Assembly: GCA_964597205.1 (NCBI GenBank)
Contig: CAZQXM010000001.1
Coordinates: forward strand, 1 to 51,633
Direction: 5' to 3'
Length of the DNA stretch: 51,633 nucleotides
DNA from: an uncultured Gammaproteobacteria bacterium
GTDB taxonomy: Bacteria > Cyanobacteriota > Vampirovibrionia > LMEP-6097
Shown here piece by piece: positions 42,814 through 51,633 of this stretch. Numbering within the stretch: the first letter of the stretch is position 1; every line of letters begins with the position of its first letter. A program made the position numbers and the translations under genes. Below the pieces are notes generated by a model that searched no databases, had not been told where the DNA came from, and worked only from the letters and a program-made list of their open reading frames with translations.

Positions 42814-43935
42814 ATGAGCTTTCAGCCTCCTATCAACTCTTGGATCTTATCCGCTGAAGCTTACCCAGCCGGTAAAACCTTCGAGGAGGTAGCGCAGCAG
42901 TATGGTCTTAAAGAATCTGAGATCCTAAGGTTAGCTGGTAATGAGACTACTTTAGGTCCAAGTCCGCGCGCAATTAAAGCGGCGCAAAAAGAATTAGAGC
43001 GCAGTAATTTTTATGGCGAGCCTTTTTCGGAAAGTCTTACACGCAAACTAGAAAGCAAGTTCAAGGTGGATGCTAATAAAGCCGGAATAGTAGTTGGTAA
43101 TGGCATGGATAGCGTGCTTGATCATCTTGCTAGCCTCTTGCTTGATTCTAAAAGCAGCATAGTTATTCAATCACCAACTTTTGCTTACTATAAATCCATT
43201 GCTGAGCGCGCTGGTGTTGAGATTATAGATGTGGCACGTAATAGCCCAGAATCTAGTGTTGGAGCGGCTTACAACGTGGATGCAGAACGTATAGTAGCTG
43301 CCATTCAAGACAATACTAAAATCGTTTTTTTATGTACGCCGAATAATCCTACTGGTAATTCTTTTAGTCGTACTGAGATTGAATATTTGGCTGTCGAAAC
43401 TCAGAAGCGCAATATTTATCTCTTCGTTGATGAAGCTTATATCGATTTTAGTCGTCATAGTTCAGTTGTAGATCTAGTGAGTAGATATCCTAATCTTATA
43501 GTCGGCAGAACCTTCTCCAAAGCTTTTGCACTAGCGGGTTTTAGAGTTGGCTATGCTCTGATGTCGGCTGAACTTAAGCGTGAATATAATAAAATCATGG
43601 TGCCTTTCTTGGTTTCGCGTGCAAGCTTAGCAGCGGCGGAAGCGGCTTTAGATGATGAGGGACACTTAAAACGCGTGCTAGATACCGTGACTAAAGGTCG
43701 CGAGCAACTCTATAAAGAATTCATCAGGCTTAAGATCGAACATTATCCTAGCGACGGTAATTTTATTTTATTTAAGACTGCAAAACCAGCTGGAGAAATT
43801 ATTGAAGGTTTAGCTAAGCAAGGTCTAATTATTCGCGCCCAGAAAGCTGTCTGTCCGCGCGCTCTAAGAGTAACCGTAGGTGCAGAGAAGGAGAATAAGC
43901 GTTTTATTAAGGCTTTAACAAATGTACTCTCTTAA
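42814..43935 (+). CDS. hisC: Histidinol-phosphate aminotransferase-like class I/II aminotransferase
   Basis: NE...GPSP, NPTGN, DEAY and the TFSKAF.LAG.R.GY PLP-lysine motif. Confidence 0.75.
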   Translation: MSFQPPINSWILSAEAYPAGKTFEEVAQQYGLKESEILRLAGNETTLGPSPRAIKAAQKELERSNFYGEPFSESLTRKLESKFKVDANKAGIVVGNGMDSVLDHLASLLLDSKSSIVIQSPTFAYYKSIAERAGVEIIDVARNSPESSVGAAYNVDAERIVAAIQDNTKIVFLCTPNNPTGNSFSRTEIEYLAVETQKRNIYLFVDEAYIDFSRHSSVVDLVSRYPNLIVGRTFSKAFALAGFRVGYALMSAELKREYNKIMVPFLVSRASLAAAEAALDDEGHLKRVLDTVTKGREQLYKEFIRLKIEHYPSDGNFILFKTAKPAGEIIEGLAKQGLIIRAQKAVCPRALRVTVGAEKENKRFIKALTNVLS

Positions 43936-45799
43936 AAATCTACTAAGAATAATTCTTGATCTGGCGCTGCTGCTGGCGGCTTTTATTCTTGCTACTTATA
44001 TAAGGCTTGAAGGTAGCATCAATACCCCAACTGAGAAATTTATTTGGACAGAGCAGTTGCCGCAAATCTTAGTTCTGGTGATTGTTTTGAAACTTGCATC
44101 TCTATTAATTTGGGGCACTTATAAACGTTTCTGGCGCTACACCGATTCGCACGAGATTGTATATCTCGCACGTGCTCTTTTCATACCGAGTCTATTAATG
44201 GTATTGCCGCGCTTCACAGGAATAAGCCCGCAGGCTGGAGATCTCTACGCACTTTCTTATGGTGTAGTGTTGATTGATTTCCTTTTAAGTCTTACTCTAC
44301 TTGGTGGTGTTAGATTACTGCGTTACTACATGGTACGTAGCGGTAATATCCATGAGCGCCGGGCTTCAACTGATCCTAGCCTTGGACGCAAACGCACTCT
44401 AGTACTAGGTGCTGGTGAGGCTGCTATCCAAGCTGCTAAAGCCATTCGCGAGCATCCAGAACAAGGATTAGATATAGTAGCTGCGCTAGATGATAATCCT
44501 AAGAAGCTTGGCATGCAGATACTGCGCGGAGTTACTGTTAAAGGTCACTTAGATGATCTTGCTCGGGTTGTGCGCGAATCTAATATTCAACAAATCATTA
44601 TCGCTATTCCAAGTGCTAACCAAGAGCTTAAACGCAAATTAAGTCTAGCGGCTAACGAAACTGGCATCGATGTGCGCGTCTTGCCTGGTGTCGATCAACT
44701 TGCTGGCGGCAAAGTTACCGTAGATCAAATCCGCAAGCTAAGTATGGAAGATTTACTTGGGCGCGCCGAAGTAGATCTTAACGAAGCTGATGTAATCCAG
44801 TATTTAAGTGGTAAGCGCGTACTAGTTACTGGTGCTGGCGGGTCTATCGGTTCTGAACTCTGCAGGCAGCTAGTCTCTAAATGCGAAATTGCAAGTTTAT
44901 GTTTACTTGGTAAAGGCGAGAATTCGATTTTCGAAGCTGCAAGTAGTTTGCGCGGGAAAGTGCAGCTAGAAACTAAGATCGCTGATATTCGTAACTATAG
45001 CCGCGTACTGCATATAGTACGTGAGTTCAAGCCAGATATTATATTCCACGCTGCAGCGCATAAACACGTACATCTAATGGAACTTAATTCCTGTGAAGCT
45101 TTCGACAATAATGTAATTGGTAGCCGCAATATTGCTCAGATCGCTGGCGAGTGCGGCGTCAAGAGTATGGTTCTAATCAGCACTGATAAAGCAGTGAACC
45201 CAACTAGCATAATGGGCAGCACTAAGAACCTTGCTGAGAAAACCGTACTTATGGTTTCGCGTAAATATCCTGCCACTAAATACACCGCAGTGCGCTTCGG
45301 TAATGTACTAGGAAGCCGCGGCTCAGTGATTAAAGTATGGGAAGATCAACTGCGTCAGGGCTTGCCGCTGACTGTCACTCACGCTGAAGCGATTAGATAT
45401 TTTATGACTATACCTGAGGCAGCACAGCTGGTGATTCAAGGTGCAGCTAAAGCTAACAATGGTGAGATTATGGTTCTGGATATGGGCACGCCAATTAAGA
45501 TCTACGAACTCGCTCAGCAATTCATTAAACTAGCCGGATTTAGTCTTGAAGAAATTCCTATTAAAGTTATTGGGCTTCGTGAAGGTGAGAAGCTCTATGA
45601 AGAACTGCTTACTGATAGTGAGTTCGTTGAATCTAAACTCACGGATAAAATTTATAAAGCGCGCATAGATACTAGTATTAGTGAGGCAGAGTTGGCTGCA
45701 AGTATAGAGAGATTTACGGCTTTATCAGCGGTGGATAATGATACGGAATTAAAAATTGAACTTAGGAAGTTGATTGCTTCGAATGCAGTGAAAGTTTAA
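43922..45799 (+). CDS. CapD/PglF/WbpM-like membrane-bound nucleotide-sugar 4,6-dehydratase
   Basis: Four N-terminal TM segments, two Rossmann folds (LGAGEAA; VTGAGGSIGSEL) and AAHKHV, STDKAV, YxxxK-like motifs. Confidence 0.88.
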   Translation: MYSLKNLLRIILDLALLLAAFILATYIRLEGSINTPTEKFIWTEQLPQILVLVIVLKLASLLIWGTYKRFWRYTDSHEIVYLARALFIPSLLMVLPRFTGISPQAGDLYALSYGVVLIDFLLSLTLLGGVRLLRYYMVRSGNIHERRASTDPSLGRKRTLVLGAGEAAIQAAKAIREHPEQGLDIVAALDDNPKKLGMQILRGVTVKGHLDDLARVVRESNIQQIIIAIPSANQELKRKLSLAANETGIDVRVLPGVDQLAGGKVTVDQIRKLSMEDLLGRAEVDLNEADVIQYLSGKRVLVTGAGGSIGSELCRQLVSKCEIASLCLLGKGENSIFEAASSLRGKVQLETKIADIRNYSRVLHIVREFKPDIIFHAAAHKHVHLMELNSCEAFDNNVIGSRNIAQIAGECGVKSMVLISTDKAVNPTSIMGSTKNLAEKTVLMVSRKYPATKYTAVRFGNVLGSRGSVIKVWEDQLRQGLPLTVTHAEAIRYFMTIPEAAQLVIQGAAKANNGEIMVLDMGTPIKIYELAQQFIKLAGFSLEEIPIKVIGLREGEKLYEELLTDSEFVESKLTDKIYKARIDTSISEAELAASIERFTALSAVDNDTELKIELRKLIASNAVKV

Positions 45800-45851
45800 A
45801 CTCTGATAAAGAAGATAAAGATATGAGTTAATCGTGGTAAGATAAGTCGCG

Positions 45852-47675
45852 ATGTCTACTCCTGTCGCCCCACAATTATCTGCTATACATGACTGGCAAA
45901 GAAGGTCTTTATGGCAAGATATGGCCGTATACCATCCAGATAATGGCGTGCCATTAAATATTGGTGATTTGAAGGGGGATCTTAAATCTTTTAGACTTCA
46001 ACTTGAGAGATTGGGGATTGATCAATTGTTACCCGTTGCAGATGGATTGATGACAAGAGAAGGTGGATCGCCACTTGCAAAAGCTATGCCTTGCAAGATT
46101 GCAGGAAAAACTCCAGGAAATAAAATTGTTATTCATCCAATGGAAGGTTGGGATGGAACTACAACTGGTTATCCAACTAGATTAGGTTTTAAAAGGGCAG
46201 AAGATTTTGGTAAAAGTGGTGCTAAATTAATTTGGTTTGAGGCAACAGCCGTAGAAGCTGGAGCAAGAGCAAATCCTAATCAACTATACATAGATAACGG
46301 TCAACAATATGATCAAACTAAAGCAACTGGTGCCCAGGGTTTAGCTACGGCGATGCGCGAATGTAACAGTAGAATGGATGGTGCACAAGGCACTATCAAA
46401 GATCTCTTTGATGCAACTGTAGCAGCTCATCAAAAGCAATATGGTAGAACTGACGATCTGGTTACAGTGCTTCAGTTAACCCATTCAGGCAGATGGTCAA
46501 AACCCAATCATAATGACAAACCAGAACCTAGGATTATGTACCATCATCCAGTTCTTGATAAGCGAGTTGGTATTAAAGCAGAGGATAATTCTGTAGTTTT
46601 CTCTGATGATCAATTAGATCTATTGGTAGATAAATATGTTGCAGCTGCTAAAAAAGCTAAAGCGATTGGCTTTGACATGGTAGATATCAAAGCTTGTCAT
46701 GGCTATTTACTGCATGAAGCTTTGGGAGCATTTAGCAGAACCAATCCTGATGGCACTAAGAGTAAATATGGTGGTGAAAGCTACGAGGATAGGACCAGAT
46801 TACTAAAAACTATTATTAAGCGTGTTCAAGATGAAGCTGGCATCAAGGTTGCTGTTAGGTTAAGTGCTTTTGATACCTTTCCTCTGACAGAGAAAGATGA
46901 AACCGTGCCTCACATGAAAGGTCCAGGAATGCTTAAACCTCCACATCTTACTGAAAGATTTAGTTTTGGGACTGATGCCGCAGATGCTAAAAAAATTAAC
47001 TTAGATGAACCTAAAAGATTAATCAAAGACCTATATGATATGGGTGTTGAACTAGTTAACCTTACAGCAGGTAGCCCATATTATTCATCGCAGATTCAAA
47101 GACCAACAATCAAACCGACACCAGGAAATTTACCACCTGAAGAACCTTTGCATGGCATTGCTAGGCTTGTTGATGTTGGAAACTATTTAAGAACACAATT
47201 CCCAGAAAAGCCTTTTATTCTAAGTGGTCTAACTGGTTTGAGAGATTTTCTTCCACATGTTTGCCAGGCAATATCTAAAAAAGATCCTTATATGATGTTT
47301 GGATTGGGGCGTATGGCACTTTCATATCCAGATTTATTTGAAGATGTTTTTAAACATGGTTCGGTGCAAACAGATCGTGAAGATGTTCATCTGTGTACTG
47401 AAGCCGGAGACTGTACAAAACGAACAAGAATGACAGATGCGAATGGTCGCCCTCTTGTCTCAGGCTGCACACCACATAGTAGGCTTTATACTGCAATGTC
47501 AAGAGCTGAATTACGTGGTAGGGCTACTTTTGAAGAATATTTACGTCAAACTGGGAGGTTGACTCTAAAAGAACCGGCACTGCCAGCAAAACCTATTGAG
47601 CGAGTCCTTGGTGTAAATCAAACCCCAATAGAATATTTTGTAGCAGCTCAAAAGCAGTTGCAAACTAACCAATAA
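45852..47675 (+). CDS. Old-yellow-enzyme-family NADH:flavin oxidoreductase-like protein with N- and C-terminal extensions
   Basis: LQLTHSGR and KACHGYLLHEALGAFSRTNPDGTKSKYGGESYEDRTRLL match the OYE TIM-barrel signature. There is a Cys-rich segment near the C-terminus. Confidence 0.7.
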   Translation: MSTPVAPQLSAIHDWQRRSLWQDMAVYHPDNGVPLNIGDLKGDLKSFRLQLERLGIDQLLPVADGLMTREGGSPLAKAMPCKIAGKTPGNKIVIHPMEGWDGTTTGYPTRLGFKRAEDFGKSGAKLIWFEATAVEAGARANPNQLYIDNGQQYDQTKATGAQGLATAMRECNSRMDGAQGTIKDLFDATVAAHQKQYGRTDDLVTVLQLTHSGRWSKPNHNDKPEPRIMYHHPVLDKRVGIKAEDNSVVFSDDQLDLLVDKYVAAAKKAKAIGFDMVDIKACHGYLLHEALGAFSRTNPDGTKSKYGGESYEDRTRLLKTIIKRVQDEAGIKVAVRLSAFDTFPLTEKDETVPHMKGPGMLKPPHLTERFSFGTDAADAKKINLDEPKRLIKDLYDMGVELVNLTAGSPYYSSQIQRPTIKPTPGNLPPEEPLHGIARLVDVGNYLRTQFPEKPFILSGLTGLRDFLPHVCQAISKKDPYMMFGLGRMALSYPDLFEDVFKHGSVQTDREDVHLCTEAGDCTKRTRMTDANGRPLVSGCTPHSRLYTAMSRAELRGRATFEEYLRQTGRLTLKEPALPAKPIERVLGVNQTPIEYFVAAQKQLQTNQ

Positions 47676-49440
47676 CCTGTGCAGCCTTAGCACTTTCAAC
47701 AATTTGCTTAGCATTTTTAATATCCACAGCCCCAGTCAGGAACTGCCAAGCAAGCAACTGACCATTAATTGCTTTTTGAGCAGTAGAGCTATCAGCATAT
47801 TTCATTTGACGATGACTTAGCGGACGTTGATTTTCATGAATATCTAAAACACCATTAAACTGATGTGCCCGCGTGACGAAGTCAGTATATGCGCTAGTTG
47901 GATTTGTTTTGCCGAAAAATACTTGCGTTGACATGCCCATAGCTGGGCTCATCAAGTTCATATAATTATCCAAATGTTGTTGAGCGCTGTCTTTCTGACC
48001 GGCAAGTTCAGCATAGAACCATTTAGTGAGCTCTACGATTGCTACTACTGTTTGTTTAGGATTAAGACCTATATAACCCAATAAGGCATGAACATTGCCT
48101 TGGCTTAGGAAGCTGTAACCATTACGCTTATGGGTTTTGAGTAACTTATAAAATTCAGGACTGCCAAAATTCTTAGCAAGTGTGGCAGGGCTCCAACCTT
48201 TTTCTTTTTCTGCTTGAGTTCTTATTTCAGTTAGTGCTTTTCTTGCACCCCAAAGCCAATCTAAGGCAAAATTCCTATCGTCACCCGTATAAGTTTTACT
48301 GCCAGCTTTAGCGATAGTCTCTATATCTTTAAATTGTTTAGCTAACAATGGATGTGATGTTTTAACTGCTTGAGCAAAACCAGCCGCTCCGGCTAGTACA
48401 TTCTCGTTTACAAAATTAGTATCCGCCCTAAAAGGAGAACCGAGCTTATGTAAGATTCCAGATTTATATCCGTATTGTTTTTCACAGTACTCAAGTAACT
48501 CTTTATAGATCTTGATATTGTCTTCATCACTTAAACCGTTTTGCTCAGCACCTGGAAATATAATAGGGTCCATCGGGTTCTCTCTGAGTCCGTATCTTTT
48601 ATTAAGATCATGCACAAAATCAATTTGCTCTTTTCTAGCAGCAATATATTGTTCTTTAGTTAAGCCACCTTTAGCAGCTTTTATAGCGCCATCGCCACGT
48701 TTATATGGTGCTAGGCTCTCAGTACCAGTTCCCATCCAGATTTTAGTTCCGTGTTTACGTGCTAATTTGCTATAAAAATCCATCACATGCTCGATAAAAC
48801 CCTTACTCATAATTTCAGGAGTTCTAGATGCTGTATCCATCAGCGTTGCGATGCCATAAAAATTTTTTGCAGTCTCGTCATCAAAACCTGCTTTGGCAAG
48901 ATACTCAAATATTTTGCGGTTTGGTTCTTCGAGAAAATCCCCAGCTTCTATTTGCTTTCCAGCTTGAATATTGTTTCTATAAGTAGCTAAAGCTGCAACA
49001 TATGGATCAACGAGAAGAGGTAATTTTTGACTCAAAGCTTTTAGATCTTCGAACTCCTCATTTAGAGGACCAATTTTGCTTGTCTTTGAGTCTAAGTCTG
49101 GAACAAGTGCAAAAGTATTTTCTGCTCTTTGTTCAGGTTTAGTAGCAACAGCATTGAAGCTAATTGTATTATCGTCCCAGATAGTTACTTGGCGTGTACC
49201 CTCATGAAGACCTTTAATCCCTATTTTATGCTCACCATCATTCCAGGCTGTATCCAAATAGGGGACAGCTAATGGATTTGGTTCTATAACAGTCGCTTTT
49301 CTTTCATGTAAGAGACTCGCTCTATTCAAACCATCAACAAAATCTTTTCCTGGATTATTGCTACCGTTAGCTAATCGCGCAAACTGCGCAACGGTCTTAG
49401 AATCAAGAAGAGCATTAAAACTTACAACAGGCTCAACCAT
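47665..49440 (-). CDS. Hypothetical 591-aa protein (no family recognised)
   Basis: Long uninterrupted ORF with non-repetitive composition. 11-bp convergent overlap with the OYE-like gene. Confidence 0.5.
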   Translation of the reverse strand: MVEPVVSFNALLDSKTVAQFARLANGSNNPGKDFVDGLNRASLLHERKATVIEPNPLAVPYLDTAWNDGEHKIGIKGLHEGTRQVTIWDDNTISFNAVATKPEQRAENTFALVPDLDSKTSKIGPLNEEFEDLKALSQKLPLLVDPYVAALATYRNNIQAGKQIEAGDFLEEPNRKIFEYLAKAGFDDETAKNFYGIATLMDTASRTPEIMSKGFIEHVMDFYSKLARKHGTKIWMGTGTESLAPYKRGDGAIKAAKGGLTKEQYIAARKEQIDFVHDLNKRYGLRENPMDPIIFPGAEQNGLSDEDNIKIYKELLEYCEKQYGYKSGILHKLGSPFRADTNFVNENVLAGAAGFAQAVKTSHPLLAKQFKDIETIAKAGSKTYTGDDRNFALDWLWGARKALTEIRTQAEKEKGWSPATLAKNFGSPEFYKLLKTHKRNGYSFLSQGNVHALLGYIGLNPKQTVVAIVELTKWFYAELAGQKDSAQQHLDNYMNLMSPAMGMSTQVFFGKTNPTSAYTDFVTRAHQFNGVLDIHENQRPLSHRQMKYADSSTAQKAINGQLLAWQFLTGAVDIKNAKQIVESAKAAQVIG

Positions 49441-49490
49441 TCGCTAAGATAATAGCATACCTATTGAGCTTAAAATTGAGTTGTGAAACT

Positions 49491-49531
49491 ATTGCATCTA
49501 ACGTGACGTAAGTCACATTTTTCTATGCAAT
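49491..49531. repeat. Imperfect 41-bp palindrome with a CGTGA-N6-TCACA core
   Basis: ATTGCAT...ACGTGAC-GTAA-GTCACAT...ATGCAAT. It spans the 3' end of the SCP2 gene and sits ~55 nt upstream of the 591-aa gene start. Confidence 0.65.
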
Positions 49532-49846
49532 AGGAAACATCGTCTGTAACTTCATAGCCAGATTCATATCGCCACGAATCTTCAATTTACCTTGCATAAA
49601 CGCCATTTGGCTATTGAGCTTGCCTTCGCGAATAGACATCCAATCTCTGTCAGCTAGTGCAATAGTTACTGATGGGGTTGGAACGCCGCCTAGAACTAGA
49701 TTGCATTTGCCATCTTTAATATCTAGTGCCCAAATGCCACCTTGCTCGCCGCTAATATCAAATTGATAAGAAGCAGTAACACCAGAAGCCGCACCCGGAT
49801 TGAAGTGCTTGACCATTTCGTTAAATACATCGCCTATTGCTACCAT
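49523..49846 (-). CDS. SCP2 sterol-carrier-like domain protein
   Basis: ...GKLNSQMAFMQGKLKIRGDMNLAMKL... is the characteristic SCP2 C-terminal motif. Confidence 0.85.
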   Translation of the reverse strand: MVAIGDVFNEMVKHFNPGAASGVTASYQFDISGEQGGIWALDIKDGKCNLVLGGVPTPSVTIALADRDWMSIREGKLNSQMAFMQGKLKIRGDMNLAMKLQTMFPIA

Positions 49847-49932
49847 AACTCAGATAGTATACCCTGAAAAATTAGCTTATAACCGAACAAAAAATCACCC
49901 TATAATTACAAGACTTGGACTAAAGAGAATAT

Positions 49933-50439
49933 TCAGGCAACTTTTCCTTTAAGTAGTTTGTACAAACTTTGCCTTAAGTTAGGATAGAGCTTATCTAAGG
50001 AACTATCTTCTAGACCATAGATAGTGAGAAAAGCTCTTGGCTCCTGCTCTTCGCTGAAATCTCTCAATGGTACAAGTCTAGGCTTCTTCAAGCAAAGTGT
50101 ACGAAGCTTAAATGGCTGTGAGCGAATATCAAAACCTAACTCAACTTGAATCTCTCCATGCTGCCATTTCATTGAACTTGGAACTTCATTGGCGAAATTA
50201 CGACAGAATCTAATTTGTTTTAGATCTGGGAATTTCTCATTTGCTAGATCAGTTAAGACACTTGACCAAGGAGTTGAGACTGATTCTGAAGATAGGATTC
50301 TTAACTGCTCATGAGCTGATTTTGAAGATAGGATTCTTAACTGCTCACGAGCTGGTTTTGAAGCTACCGGCAGCCCTGGGCTAGGATTACGAGTTAGCCT
50401 AGCTAATAATTTGATGAATAAGTTTGGTCCAATCTGCAA
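49933..50439 (-). CDS. Hypothetical protein containing a 12-aa tandem repeat
   Basis: 168-aa ORF with SKPAREQLRILS/SKSAHEQLRILS repeats. Confidence 0.4.
   Translation of the reverse strand: MQIGPNLFIKLLARLTRNPSPGLPVASKPAREQLRILSSKSAHEQLRILSSESVSTPWSSVLTDLANEKFPDLKQIRFCRNFANEVPSSMKWQHGEIQVELGFDIRSQPFKLRTLCLKKPRLVPLRDFSEEQEPRAFLTIYGLEDSSLDKLYPNLRQSLYKLLKGKVA
50287..50364. repeat. 36-bp tandem repeat, ~2.2 copies
   Basis: TGAAGATAGGATTCTTAACTGCTCATGAGCTGATTT repeated with 3 substitutions, followed by a partial third copy. Confidence 0.85.
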
Positions 50440-50537
50440 TATAGATCCTGATAACTTTCAGGTTCTATAGAGTAATACACAAACCTAGTTTTCCTAATAT
50501 TATTTATCCTATTTTCACGTTATGATAAAGAACGATT

Positions 50538-51633
50538 ATGAGATTGTTTGAATTTGAAGCTAAAGCCCTTTTCCGTGAGTTCGGTATTCCTACTCCTAAA
50601 GGCAGAACTATTAAGGTAGCCGAAGAGGTTTTCGGACTTACTGAGTTTCCTTGTACGCTTAAGACCCAAGTACTAGTTGGCGGTCGCGGCAAAGCTGGTG
50701 GTATCAAATTCGCCGACAACCAAGATGATGCTTACGAGAAAGCACAACAGATTTTCAAACTACCTATTAAAGGTTCTTTACCAAGTGCGATTCTTGTTGA
50801 GCCTAAAGTAACTATCAAAAAAGAAATCTACATTTCTATCCTTATCGATAGAGCCTACAGAGGTCCTATATTAATGGGAAGCTCAGAGGGCGGAGTAGAG
50901 ATTGAATCTTCTAACAGCATACAGATCGTTCCAGTGCCGGGCGGTAACTACAAACCATTCCTCGGTCGCAAAATGGCTGCACAATTAGGTTTCGCTGGTA
51001 AAGATTTATTGAAGATGGCTTCTATCATTGATAAATTATGGAATGTTTATTCTTCGCTTGATGCTGATCTTTGTGAAATCAACCCGCTCATCATCGATGG
51101 TGATGATAATTTTATTGCGCTTGATGGCAAGGTCACTCTGAACGAAGATGCTCTAGATCGTCATCCTAGATTTGATGGCATGTTAGTGGATCACCTCACG
51201 GATATGGGTGAGCGCGAATTCAAAGGTAAAATGTGCGGGCTTAACATAGTAGAGCTTGATGGTAGTATCGGCATACTTTGTAATGGTGCAGGTTTAACTA
51301 TGGCGACTATGGATTTAGTTTTCCACAAAGGTGGCAAGCCTTCTAATTTCCTGGATGTCGGTGGTGGTGCTTCTAAAGCTCACGTTAAACGCGCTCTAGA
51401 TCTAGTTGCGTCAAGTAAGGATGTGAAAGTGCTTCTAGTTAATATTCTTGGTGGTATTACGGCTTGTGACGAGGTAGCAGCTGCGCTTGCTTACTATAAA
51501 GAGCAAAGACCAGAAGCTAAAATGATAGTGCGCTTAGTTGGTAACAACGAAGAGAAGGCAGCAGAGATCATGAAAAAGGCTGGCATCCCGATGACTAATG
51601 TTCTCGATGATGCTGTCGAGCAAGCAATAAAGG
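50538..51633 (+). CDS. sucC: Succinate--CoA ligase (ADP-forming) beta subunit. The C-terminus runs off the right edge.
   Basis: Manual translation from ATG 50538 gives MRLFEFEAKALFREFGIPTPKG...VLVGGRGKAGGIKF...EINPL...NGAGLTMATMD...LDVGGGA...NI(L)GGIT.CD. These are canonical SucC ATP-grasp motifs. It is absent from the ORF track because there is no stop codon in the window. Confidence 0.9.
   Translation, partial: MRLFEFEAKALFREFGIPTPKGRTIKVAEEVFGLTEFPCTLKTQVLVGGRGKAGGIKFADNQDDAYEKAQQIFKLPIKGSLPSAILVEPKVTIKKEIYISILIDRAYRGPILMGSSEGGVEIESSNSIQIVPVPGGNYKPFLGRKMAAQLGFAGKDLLKMASIIDKLWNVYSSLDADLCEINPLIIDGDDNFIALDGKVTLNEDALDRHPRFDGMLVDHLTDMGEREFKGKMCGLNIVELDGSIGILCNGAGLTMATMDLVFHKGGKPSNFLDVGGGASKAHVKRALDLVASSKDVKVLLVNILGGITACDEVAAALAYYKEQRPEAKMIVRLVGNNEEKAAEIMKKAGIPMTNVLDDAVEQAIK

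Noticed and set aside
50504-50719. 71-aa minus-strand ORF.
   Set aside because: It is antisense to the clearly recognisable sucC N-terminus (MRLFEFEAKALFREFGIPTPKG...).
1-51633. CRISPR array, looked for because several short repeats recur.
   Set aside because: The repeats are palindromes or MITE-like units scattered kilobases apart. There is no regular repeat-spacer periodicity and there are no cas genes.

Overview
AT-rich (about 40% GC by eye), densely coding bacterial chromosomal window. The host is a flagellated diderm: it has lpxD, two skp/ompH genes, flgK and two flgL-like genes. It also encodes an SLH-domain protein, an LCP-family protein and a glycine-rich RRM RNA-binding protein. That combination resembles Cyanobacteria-related non-photosynthetic lineages, but this placement is inference only.

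Housekeeping genes present: nuoA (partial), folD, mnmA, pyrB, pyrK, grpE, truA, ispF, wecB, lpxD, tsaE, glyQ, a hisC-like gene, a capD-like gene and sucC (partial).

Accessory content:
1. An AbiEi/AbiEii type IV toxin-antitoxin (abortive infection) pair wedged between nuoA and folD.
2. A family of four 760-955 aa secreted fibre/adhesin-like proteins. They are built from YadA-head/Hep_Hag-like repeats but have no autotransporter anchor. Three sit in a tandem array at 3008..11806. Two of those lie in duplicated cassettes with a conserved 185-bp leader and a near-identical small secreted partner ORF. The fourth is at 39695..42499 on the minus strand.
3. At least three short dispersed repeat families. 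These are a ~125-195 bp MITE-like element with 17-18 bp terminal inverted repeats (3 copies), a GTCATYSYGAGC/ATGAC hairpin-unit family (3 loci, one apparently inserted in frame in a nagA-like gene), and 30-bp palindromes with a 13-bp stem and 4-nt loop. Several palindromes carry a (T/C/G)GTGA-N6-TCAC(A/G) core, and two lie inside pyrK and wecB in the same codon phase.
4. An SLH/MerR-like/Kazal-like gene trio, an LCP-GT2-NagA-like envelope polysaccharide cluster, and an OYE-like flavoenzyme, unknown 591-aa protein and SCP2 group.

No rRNA genes, tRNA genes, CRISPR arrays, transposases or phage structural genes were recognised. The best candidate for a new system is the fibre-protein cassette array with its small partner proteins and possible phase-variation and cassette-exchange features. 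All functional calls come from motif recognition by eye, not database searches.
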